IMG/VR virus record: IMGVR_UViG_3300002835_000031
Reading direction: 5' to 3' (one strand)
DNA length: 20,000 bases
From: an uncultured virus (IMG/VR IMGVR_UViG_3300002835_000031)
Taxonomy: Duplodnaviria > Heunggongvirae > Uroviricota > Caudoviricetes
Below the pieces are notes generated by a model. That model had not been told where the DNA came from, ran no database searches, and was given only the letters and a program-made list of their open reading frames with translations. The position numbers were made by a program, and so were the translations under genes. Shown piece by piece: positions 1-7,975 of this stretch (position 1 is the stretch's first letter; every line of letters starts with the position of its first letter).

Positions 1-3000
1 TAATGCAGTTGCTAAAGCATTAGTATTAGAATAATTTGCAAATCTTATTGGCGTTGAAGCCTGTACTCTGCCGGTCGATTGTGGCGATAATAAAATATTA
101 CCAGATGTTGATATTGTTAAATCACCAAATCCATTAATAATTCCTGCAGTATTGCCAGAACTTAATGTTACAACAGATGAATTTGCACCTGTTGCAAGAA
201 TAATATTTCCGCCGGATGTAATATTAACATTACCCGCGGAGAAAATTGTTCCACCAGCTGCGCCTGTACCATTGGCATAGAATGCGTTTGCTATTACGTT
301 ACCGGTGTTAATGTTGCCGGTATAAGTTATTAGGAACGCGGCAACATTGGCATTGGCAAATTGACTACCTTGTGGGTTTGCTGCAAGATAAGCAATAACA
401 TTTGAAACAACTCTTGCATTTGTATAATATAAGTTACCACTTGAAGCAAGTTCTGCAACATTGGCAGTTGTTAAATTAGCCTGCGTAACTGACCCACCGG
501 CTGATATACCAGTAACCGTTCCTCTAAATGTTATCGGACTGTTGACAAAAATGTTACCGCCAGCCAAATTCAAATTACCTGTAGCACTTAACAATAAGTT
601 ACTAGATGTCGATAATTCTGCAGAGCCTGTACCTGTAGCAATAAATGTATTTGCAATTATGTTTCCGCTTGCAAGAACATTTGAAGCTGTTAAATTAATG
701 GTATTATTTTGAGCAATAATGTTCAAATTACCGGTTGAATTTAATGTGCCGGACGTTGCTGAAGGTGAAATAACTGTGTTAGCTATAACATTACCTGCGG
801 AAATATTACCGGTATATGTTGTTAAGAATGCACTCACATTTGCATTACTATAACTTCCGCTTGTAGGATTTGTTAATAGATATGCTGCAACATTGGCATT
901 ACCATATGTACCGCCTTGTGGGTTTGCCGCAAGATAAGCAATAACATTTGAAACAACTCTTGCATTGGTGTAATATAGGTTGTTTAATTCTGTTACATTT
1001 GCCGTTGTTAAATTAGCCTGAGTAACCGATGCACTTGCAATACCCGTAACCGTTCCTCTGAATGTTATAGGGCTATTGACAAAAATGTTACCACCTGCCA
1101 AATTTAAATTGCCGGTCGCGCTTAATAACAAATTGCTTGAAGTTGAAAGTTCTGCGGAACCTGTACCTGTAGCAGTGAATGTGTTAGCAACAATATTGCC
1201 AGATGCAAGAACAGTATTTGCAGTTAAATTAATTGTGTCACCGGAAACAATGTTCAAATTACCAGTTGAATTTAATGTGCCAGATGTTGCAAACGGTGAA
1301 ATAACTGTGTTAGCAATAACATTGCCAGCATTAATATTGCCGGTATATGTTGTCAGGAATGCGCCGACATTAGCATTACCAAAATTACTTATTATTGGAT
1401 TTGCCGTTAAATAAGCAGTAACATTAGATAACACACGAGCATTTGTGTAATATAAATTGCCACTTGCGGCATTTTCATTTACATTTGCAGTGTTTAAATT
1501 AGCAGTTAATGCATAAGATGATAGTACTCCAATAACATTAGAATAAACTCTTGCATTTGTGTAGTATAGATTTGAACCTTCAGCAATACTAGAAGTCGTT
1601 AAGGTTAACCCTGTTAATCCTCCTCTTAATACCAGATTACCATTAACAAAAACATTTGGAGCAGTTAAGTTCAAATTACCGGCTGCACTTAATAATAAAT
1701 TACTTGTGGATACTATTTCACCGGAACCTGCACCTGCTGATATAAATGTATTTGCAACAATGTTGCCTGATACCAATACGTTGGGCGTGGTTAAATTAAT
1801 TGTACCCACCGCAGTAATATTTAAATTGCCAGTAGATGTTAGTGTAGCTGATGTTGCCGTAGGAGAAACAAAGCTGTTAGAAATTATATTTCCTGCAGAA
1901 AGATTGCCCGTATATGTTGTTAAGAATGAAGCAACATTGGCATTACTAAATGATGAAGATGCTGTAGGAGCAGCCCAGAATAAATTGCCTGTGCCATTTG
2001 TTTGCAGTATATACCCGGTCACCCCATCGGTCTTTGGCCATGCTTGCCCATCTAATATAATTCTACCTGTGCCGTTTGCAACCAATTCTATGTTGGAATT
2101 TCCGGTAGTTGATATAGATAGAACACCCACGTTGTCTATTATGCCGCCGGTTAAAATTAAGTTACCTGCAGCAATGTTACCAGTGTATGTTGGCAATGCC
2201 GCTTCAATATTTGATAATACTCGAGCATTGGTATAATATAAGTTTGAACCTTCGGCAATGCTTGATGTTGTTAGTGTTAATCCAGTTATTCCGCCTCTTA
2301 GTACTAAATTGCCGTTAACAAAAACATTCGATGATGTTAAGTTAAGATTACCGGCTGCACTTAATAACAAGTTACTTGTGGATGCAACTTCGCCTGAGCC
2401 TGCACCGGTCGATATAAAATTATTTGCTACAACATTACCTGACACCAATACGTTTGGTGTTGTTAAATTAATTGTTCCGGCCGCAGTAATATTCAAATTA
2501 CCCGTTGATGTCAATGTTGCTGAAGTTGCGGTTGGCGATACAAAACTATTGGCAATTACATTACCGGCACTTAGATTGCCAGTATAAGTTGTTAAGAAAG
2601 AACTCACATTGGCATTGCCAAAACTAACAGTCGCAGGATTTGCTGCTAAATATGCAATAACATTTGATACTACTCTGGCATTGGTATAATATAAGTTTGA
2701 ACCTTCAGCAATGTTTGAAGTAGACAATGCTGATAATGCGCTTATAACATTAGAGTAAACTCTTGCATTCGTGTAGTATAAGTTTGAACCTTCAGCAATG
2801 CTTGATGTTGTTAAAGTTAAGCCTGACAGAGCACCTCGTAATACTAAATTGCCATTAACAAATACATTTGAAGATGTTAAGTTTAAATTACCAGCTGCGC
2901 TTAATAATATATTGCTTGTGGATGTAAGTTCTGCAGAGCCTGAGCCGGTTGCAATAAATGTATTTGCTACAATATTGCCTGACACCAACACATTGGTTGT

Positions 3001-5226
3001 TGTTAAATTAATTGCACCTGCCGCAGTAATATTCAAATTGCCGGTAGATGTTATTGTTGCCGCTATTGCAGTAGGTGACAGAATTGTATTTGCAATTACA
3101 TTACCTGCACTAATGTTACCGGTGTATGTTGTTAGGAATGAAGCAACATTGGCATTGGCAAATGATGATGCAGGTGCTGCCCAAAATAAGTTGCCTGTAC
3201 CATTTGTTTGTAGTACATAACCATTAATGCCATCGGTATGTGGCCATGCCTGCCCATCTAATAAAATTCTGCCATTACCTGCCGCAGATAATTCTATGTT
3301 GGAATTTGAAGTGGTTGCAATTGTCAATACACCAACATTATCTATTATTCCACCTGTCAATATTAAATTACCTGCAGCAAGATTGCCGGTGTATGTTGAT
3401 AGGAATGATGCAACATTGGCGTTACTAAAACTACCACTTACCGGATTTGCCGCAAGGTAAGCAGTAATATTTGATAAAACTCTGGCATTGGTATAGAAAA
3501 TGCTATTGCCGGATTCAATTACGTTGGCCGTATATAGATTCAACCAAGTTGTTGCAGAAATATTACCCGCACTAATTAAATTGGCGCCTGTAAACGAACC
3601 ACCGGAACCACTGCCTGTTATAATGTTATTGGCAACAATATTGCCCGATGCAATAACATTCGGAGATGTCAAATTAATTGCACCTAACGCAGTAATATTC
3701 AAATTACCTGTTGATGTTATTGTTGCAGCTATTGCTGTAGGTGAAATAATTGTATTGGCAATAACATTGCCTGCAGTAATATTACCGGTGTATGTTGTTA
3801 GAAACGCACCTACATTTGCGTTACCATATGTACTAATTGCGGGATTTGCTGCCAAATATGCAATAACATTTGATACTACTCTGGCGTTGGTGTAATATAA
3901 ATTGTTTAATTCCGCAACATTGGCTGTGGTTAAATCTACTACATTGGCTTTTAATCTTAAATTAGACTCAACTTGAGCATTAACTCTGGCATTTGTATAG
4001 AATAGATTGTTTGTACCTTCAGTAATACCATTTGTATTGCCTGAGAATGATGATGCACCTACTCCCGTTAGAGAAGAACCATCACCAAAGAATTTTGTTG
4101 CGATTACATTACCAGATGCAATAACATTGCCGGAATTTAATGTAATATTTCCAGTGCCCGTGATATTAACATTACCGGTAGAAGATAATGTAGCAGAGCC
4201 TGTACCTACTGATATAAATGTATTTGCAATTAAATTACCGCTTGCAATAACATTTGTGGAATTGATATTGACTGCACCTGCGGCAGTCATTGTAATGTTT
4301 CCAGTAGATGTAATCAACCCAGCAGATGCGCTTGCTGATATAAATCCATTTGCTATTACATTACCAGTAACATTTAGATTGCCTGTGATATTATTAACAT
4401 TTACGGAAACGCCAGTCAAATTAGCAGAGATTTGACCATTAGCAGCGATAATAATGTTATTACCCTGTAATGACGGCATTAATGCTATAACATTGGATGC
4501 TACTCTGGCATTTGTATAGTATAAATTATTACCTTCAGCAACATTGGCAGTTGTTAAATCAACTACATTGGCCTTGGCAGCCAATAATGATACCACATTG
4601 GCAAAAACTCTGGCATTGGTAAAATAAAGATTACTTGCAGATTCTGTTACATTTGCAGTAAAAATTCCAGAATAACTATTTGCTGTTAAAGGTCCGTTAA
4701 CAACAATACTTGATCCAGTTAAAGTAACGACGCCGGTTGCGGATATTGATACGTTGCCGGTGGATGATAATAATCCAGAGCCTGGGCCGGTTGATATAAA
4801 AGTGTTGGCAATAACATTGCCAGTTGCGATAACATTTGTAGAGTTGATATTGACTGCACCCGCAGCAGTCATGGTGATGTTGCCAGAGGATGAAATTAAG
4901 CCAGCAGAAGCACTTGTGGAAACGAAACCATTGGCAATTACATTGCCGCTAACATTCAAGTTGCCAGTAACAGAAGAAACACTTACCGCAGACAGGTTTG
5001 CTGAAATAAGACCATTTGCTGCAATAGAGATATTATCGCCGGCAACAAGAGCGCCGATTGCCCTGGCGTTACTGAAATATACATTACCAGAACTTGTGTT
5101 TCCCGATTCAATAACATTACCGGTAAATATACTTTGGAAGGAAACATTGCCGGTGTTGGCACCCAGCAATTGGCCGTTACTTCCTCCATTTCCACTGATT
5201 AAACTTACATCTATTTTGCGAGCCAT
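1..5226 (-). CDS. Very long repetitive tail fibre / virion structural protein, at least 1742 aa, 3' end outside the window (not in the ORF track)
   Basis: ATG at 5226-5224 is preceded by AAAGGT (RBS-like). It translates MARKIDVSLISGNGGSNGQLLGANTGNVSFQSIFTGNVIESGNTSSGNVYFSNARA..., and the same frame at the left edge reads ...GRVQASTPIRFANYSNTNALATAL with no stop. The long + strand shadow ORFs from 461 to 5233 all share one frame, consistent with an uninterrupted minus-strand frame. About 13 NLY[YF]TNARV-type motifs and two DGQAWPxTDGxxGYxLQTNGTGNLFWAA motifs are present. Confidence 0.88.
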   Translation of the reverse strand, partial: MARKIDVSLISGNGGSNGQLLGANTGNVSFQSIFTGNVIESGNTSSGNVYFSNARAIGALVAGDNISIAANGLISANLSAVSVSSVTGNLNVSGNVIANGFVSTSASAGLISSSGNITMTAAGAVNINSTNVIATGNVIANTFISTGPGSGLLSSTGNVSISATGVVTLTGSSIVVNGPLTANSYSGIFTANVTESASNLYFTNARVFANVVSLLAAKANVVDLTTANVAEGNNLYYTNARVASNVIALMPSLQGNNIIIAANGQISANLTGVSVNVNNITGNLNVTGNVIANGFISASASAGLITSTGNITMTAAGAVNINSTNVIASGNLIANTFISVGTGSATLSSTGNVNITGTGNITLNSGNVIASGNVIATKFFGDGSSLTGVGASSFSGNTNGITEGTNNLFYTNARVNAQVESNLRLKANVVDLTTANVAELNNLYYTNARVVSNVIAYLAANPAISTYGNANVGAFLTTYTGNITAGNVIANTIISPTAIAATITSTGNLNITALGAINLTSPNVIASGNIVANNIITGSGSGGSFTGANLISAGNISATTWLNLYTANVIESGNSIFYTNARVLSNITAYLAANPVSGSFSNANVASFLSTYTGNLAAGNLILTGGIIDNVGVLTIATTSNSNIELSAAGNGRILLDGQAWPHTDGINGYVLQTNGTGNLFWAAPASSFANANVASFLTTYTGNISAGNVIANTILSPTAIAATITSTGNLNITAAGAINLTTTNVLVSGNIVANTFIATGSGSAELTSTSNILLSAAGNLNLTSSNVFVNGNLVLRGALSGLTLTTSSIAEGSNLYYTNARVYSNVISALSALSTSNIAEGSNLYYTNARVVSNVIAYLAANPATVSFGNANVSSFLTTYTGNLSAGNVIANSFVSPTATSATLTSTGNLNITAAGTINLTTPNVLVSGNVVANNFISTGAGSGEVASTSNLLLSAAGNLNLTSSNVFVNGNLVLRGGITGLTLTTSSIAEGSNLYYTNARVLSNIEAALPTYTGNIAAGNLILTGGIIDNVGVLSISTTGNSNIELVANGTGRIILDGQAWPKTDGVTGYILQTNGTGNLFWAAPTASSSFSNANVASFLTTYTGNLSAGNIISNSFVSPTATSATLTSTGNLNITAVGTINLTTPNVLVSGNIVANTFISAGAGSGEIVSTSNLLLSAAGNLNLTAPNVFVNGNLVLRGGLTGLTLTTSSIAEGSNLYYTNARVYSNVIGVLSSYALTANLNTANVNENAASGNLYYTNARVLSNVTAYLTANPIISNFGNANVGAFLTTYTGNINAGNVIANTVISPFATSGTLNSTGNLNIVSGDTINLTANTVLASGNIVANTFTATGTGSAELSTSSNLLLSATGNLNLAGGNIFVNSPITFRGTVTGIASASVTQANLTTANVTELNNLYYTNARVVSNVIAYLAANPQGGTYGNANVAAYLLTNPTSGSYSNANVSAFLTTYTGNISAGNVIANTVISPSATSGTLNSTGNLNIIAQNNTINLTASNVLASGNIIANTFIATGTGSAELSTSSNLLLSATGNLNLAGGNIFVNSPITFRGTVTGISAGGSVTQANLTTANVAELASSGNLYYTNARVVSNVIAYLAANPQGSQFANANVAAFLITYTGNINTGNVIANAFYANGTGAAGGTIFSAGNVNITSGGNIILATGANSSVVTLSSGNTAGIINGFGDLTISTSGNILLSPQSTGRVQASTPIRFANYSNTNALATAL
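330..3480 (-). repeat. Intragenic tandem duplications in the left fibre gene
   Basis: A ~540-nt duplication (ccttgtgggtttgc.gcaagataagcaataacatttgaaacaactcttgcatt at 368 and 914). A three-copy module starts near 1550, 2225 and 2765. The DGQAWP block occurs twice (about 1975-2200 and 3180-3400). Confidence 0.8.
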
Positions 5227-5254
5227 CTCTTGACCTTTTTATTGTTATCTACTA

Positions 5255-5262
5255 TATTTATT
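5255..5262 (-). promoter_or_regulatory. Putative T4-like late promoter (AATAAATA; T4 consensus TATAAATA)
   Basis: The minus strand reads GGCAATAAATATAGTAG in the 53-nt gap about 30 nt upstream of the 5226 start codon. It matches the gp55-dependent late-promoter core ATAAATA. The motif is short and AT-rich. Confidence 0.6.
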
Positions 5263-5279
5263 GCCAACGATTATTCTAC

Positions 5280-6272
5280 TTAAAACGTAATGGATCCTGA
5301 ACTGGTCCATTGATATATTCTATATCCGCCGGATACTATTACGTTAGGTGACCCTGTTGTACTTGTTGCTGATGAAAATGTATCTGCATAGCGGATGATT
5401 ACAGTACCAGAACCTCCGGAACCAGCTATACCAGTTGTCCATCCTAAACCTCCACCACCACCGCCGGTATTTACGTTGCCAGATGTTGCACTTGCTGTTC
5501 CACTAGCCGCCATAACGCCTGCACCACCACCTCCGGAACCACCATTTCCAGCAGTAGAGCCACCTTCACCGCCACCGCCACCGCCACCAGCATAATAAGT
5601 TGCAGTCCCGGTAATAGAACTAACTGCACCAATGCCGCCATTGCCACCTGTTCCCGGAGAAGTACCATTTCCGTTTGCACCGACACCTCCCGCTCCGCCA
5701 CCGCCACCAGCAACATAAATTGTATTAGGACTAGTTCCGCGTGTTCCCGAACCACCATTATTACCTTGTCCTGCAGTACCTGTTCCACCAGCAATAGTTG
5801 TAAAAGAAGCAGCAGAAGAACCACCGCCACCAGAACCGCCATTAGCGCCAACTGAAACATATGCGCCACCACCGCCGCCGCCTATTGCTGTTACCGTAGT
5901 AAATCCAGAACCAGATATACTTGAGTTAGCACCAGAAGCGGCTCGATTATTTGTTTGAGTTTGTGTTCCTTGTATTCCAACACCACCTGCGCCAACTGTT
6001 ATTGTGTATGTAACACTAACGGCTACGTTTGCCGTATTAGTTAGTAATCCACCTGCTCCGCCGCCGCCTCCGTCTGCTGAACCTCCTGCTCCTCCGCCAG
6101 CAACTACTAGATATTCTACCGTTGAAGTTGGAACAGGTGGCGGGGGCGGTTCTCCTGCAACTAAAATATTAACACTGACTTTTTGTCTTGCAATGGCACG
6201 AAAATTGTTCGCAGATGCAGAAAACTTTTGTGTAGTACTAACTTTTGCAGCACTATACTTCCGTAAGGTCAT
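5280..6272 (-). CDS. Glycine-rich virion protein, putative polyglycine-sandwich adhesin / fibre-tip protein (330 aa)
   Basis: Basic N-terminal leader, PPPPPVP linker, then VEYLVVAGGGAGG...GGGGAGG, many GGGGG runs separated by variable loops, YYAGGGGGG and the C-terminus GSGTVIIRY...YRIYQWTSSGSITF. This is a glycine-rich domain type common in tailed phages. Its start overlaps the upstream stop (TAATG). Confidence 0.8.
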   Translation of the reverse strand: MTLRKYSAAKVSTTQKFSASANNFRAIARQKVSVNILVAGEPPPPPVPTSTVEYLVVAGGGAGGSADGGGGGAGGLLTNTANVAVSVTYTITVGAGGVGIQGTQTQTNNRAASGANSSISGSGFTTVTAIGGGGGGAYVSVGANGGSGGGGSSAASFTTIAGGTGTAGQGNNGGSGTRGTSPNTIYVAGGGGGAGGVGANGNGTSPGTGGNGGIGAVSSITGTATYYAGGGGGGGEGGSTAGNGGSGGGGAGVMAASGTASATSGNVNTGGGGGGLGWTTGIAGSGGSGTVIIRYADTFSSATSTTGSPNVIVSGGYRIYQWTSSGSITF

Positions 6273-6601
6273 TAGGTAACCTCAGTGCCGAACAGATTAA
6301 AACTAATATTTGTGGTATTTGCATATACTGTTACAACGTCTGTGGCAGCCAATGTTACACCGATTGTTAGCGATATTGAATCCAAAGCAGGAACAGTTGC
6401 ATCAAAGGCAATATAATGTTTGTTTGCCAGCGTTTCACCTGCAGGTCTTACTGCAATGCGATATGCTGCTGCACTGGCATTTTGATTACAAACTGATATT
6501 GTAGAAGTAACTGCACTTGTGCCCGACGGAACAGTATACAGTGTATTTGCTGTACCTGCTGAAGGACTGATCTGTCCCAATACTTTATATGTTATCGCCA
6601 T
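6272..6601 (-). CDS. Small conserved phage structural protein, YKVLGQ type (109 aa), putative adaptor; paralogue of 9104-9433
   Basis: MAITYKVLGQ...TLYTVPSGTSAVTSTISVCN...IAVRPAGETLANKHY...GVTLAATDVVTV...FGTE aligns without gaps to 9104-9433. The pattern is beta-strand-rich. Confidence 0.8.
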   Translation of the reverse strand: MAITYKVLGQISPSAGTANTLYTVPSGTSAVTSTISVCNQNASAAAYRIAVRPAGETLANKHYIAFDATVPALDSISLTIGVTLAATDVVTVYANTTNISFNLFGTEVT

Positions 6602-6610
6602 TTTTATCTC

Positions 6611-6970
6611 TTATTCTGTTGTTGTAACAACTTCTACCCAATTTTGAACTTCTTCGTTCCATGCATAAATTTTATCATCATCTGGTTTTGCTATAGGTGC
6701 TTCCCATAAGCAAGTATTTTCATTTAATACCCAAGAATTAAATGGTGTTGGTGGTATAAATGCATCTCTTGTTGCATCATACCTATAACCAATACCAGCA
6801 TAATTTTTTCGTAATGGAGTACCCCCATTGATGTGAACGCCTGCATGAGTGTTATAGCTTGTTTGTACCCAGCTTGCGGGATCACCAAACAAACCAGTAT
6901 CAATTACATCTTGCTCGACAACGATAACCTGTGTAACGATACCGTTTTCTACTTTTGCGAAATGGCTCAT
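6611..6970 (-). CDS. Conserved phage protein (119 aa), M[AS]HFA...WxQTSYN...RKNYAGIG type; possible tail-tip accessory or assembly protein
   Basis: Strong RBS AGGAG at 6984-6980. Motifs MSHFAKVENGIVTQVIV, WVQTSYNT, PLRKNYAGIGYRYD, DAFIPP and WVLNENTCLWEAP match a family I recognise as typically adjacent to Gly-rich phage genes. The function is inferred only. Confidence 0.75.
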   Translation of the reverse strand: MSHFAKVENGIVTQVIVVEQDVIDTGLFGDPASWVQTSYNTHAGVHINGGTPLRKNYAGIGYRYDATRDAFIPPTPFNSWVLNENTCLWEAPIAKPDDDKIYAWNEEVQNWVEVVTTTE

Positions 6971-6994
6971 TTTAAAAAACTCCTATTTTCCTGT

Positions 6995-7001
6995 TATTTA
7001 T
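6995..7001 (-). promoter_or_regulatory. Putative T4-like late promoter (ATAAATA) overlapping the TGA stop of 7001-7960
   Basis: The minus strand reads TGATAAATAACAGGAAAATAGGAGTTTTTTAAAATG: late-promoter core, then AGGAG RBS, then the ATG of 6611-6970. Confidence 0.6.
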
Positions 7002-7960
7002 CAGAATGTTATTGAACCGGATGAGGTAAATTGATATATTCTATATCCGCCAGATACTGTTACGTTAGGTGAACCTGTTGTAGCTGTTGCTGCATTATAT
7101 GTATCTGCATAGCGAAGGATTACAATTCCAGAACCACCAGCACCGCCAGAAAATCTTGATCCTGAATAAGCACCGCCACCACCACCCCCACCTCCAGAAT
7201 TAGTGCCGCCGGCGCCACCGGCGCCACCGGTTGTTCCACTTGCTCCTCCGTTACTTCCGCCTGCACCGGATAATCCTGAACCAGAAGAACCTCCCCCACC
7301 TCCCCCCCCACCGCCGCCGCCGCCAGCAGAAAGTCTATAACCGCTACCGCCACCGCCGCCAGCATAATATGTTGCAGTTCCGGAAATATCAGTTGATGTA
7401 CCGGAACCGCCGGTACCGCCAGTAGGGGATGCACTTGCAGGCCCCGCATTACCTCCAACAGTATTAGAGCCACCTCCACCTCCACCAGCACCATCGATAG
7501 AACCATTTAATCCACCTCCACCATTATTGCCTTGACTAGGTGATGTTGATGGCGTGTTTCCTGCACCGCCTGTTGTTGGTATAGTAGGAGATAAACCGTA
7601 ACCTGTACCACCACCGGATCCACCAGAAGCGCCATTTAATCCAACTGAGGTAGTTCCATAACCCCCGCCAGTTGAGGTAATATCTCCAAATACAGAATTT
7701 GATCCCGAAATACCGTTGCCTCCGCCAGAGCCACCGGACCCACCACCGCCAACGGTAACAGTAATAGCAGAACCAGATGTTACAGAGTAACCAGCCGCAG
7801 TTCTGTACCCACCAGCACCGCCACCGCCACCATCAGAGCCACCACCACCTCCACCAGCAACTACTAGATATTCAACTGTTGGGGTAGGAGAAGGAGGAGG
7901 CGGAGTAATTGTTAGGGCTACCCCTGATCCGATTGAGATACCATTGAATGAAATTGCCAT
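7001..7960 (-). CDS. Glycine-rich virion protein, putative adhesin (319 aa); paralogue of 5280-6272
   Basis: Short leader MAISFNGISIGSGVALTIT, PPPPSPTP linker, VEYLVVAGGGGGG, poly-Gly runs including G12, and the C-terminus GSGIVILRYADTY...YRIYQFTSSGSITF. Confidence 0.8.
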   Translation of the reverse strand: MAISFNGISIGSGVALTITPPPPSPTPTVEYLVVAGGGGGGSDGGGGGAGGYRTAAGYSVTSGSAITVTVGGGGSGGSGGGNGISGSNSVFGDITSTGGGYGTTSVGLNGASGGSGGGTGYGLSPTIPTTGGAGNTPSTSPSQGNNGGGGLNGSIDGAGGGGGGSNTVGGNAGPASASPTGGTGGSGTSTDISGTATYYAGGGGGSGYRLSAGGGGGGGGGGGGSSGSGLSGAGGSNGGASGTTGGAGGAGGTNSGGGGGGGGAYSGSRFSGGAGGSGIVILRYADTYNAATATTGSPNVTVSGGYRIYQFTSSGSITF

Positions 7961-7975
7961 TTTTTTACTTTTAAT

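Noticed and set aside
5227..5279. Rho-independent terminator in the largest intergenic gap
   Set aside because: No GC-rich stem-loop followed by a U-tract is visible on the minus strand.
5309..7114. Possible DGR template/variable repeat pair at the 3' ends of the Gly-rich genes
   Set aside because: Both copies are coding gene ends, the mismatches are not adenine-specific on either copy, and no reverse transcriptase is in the window.
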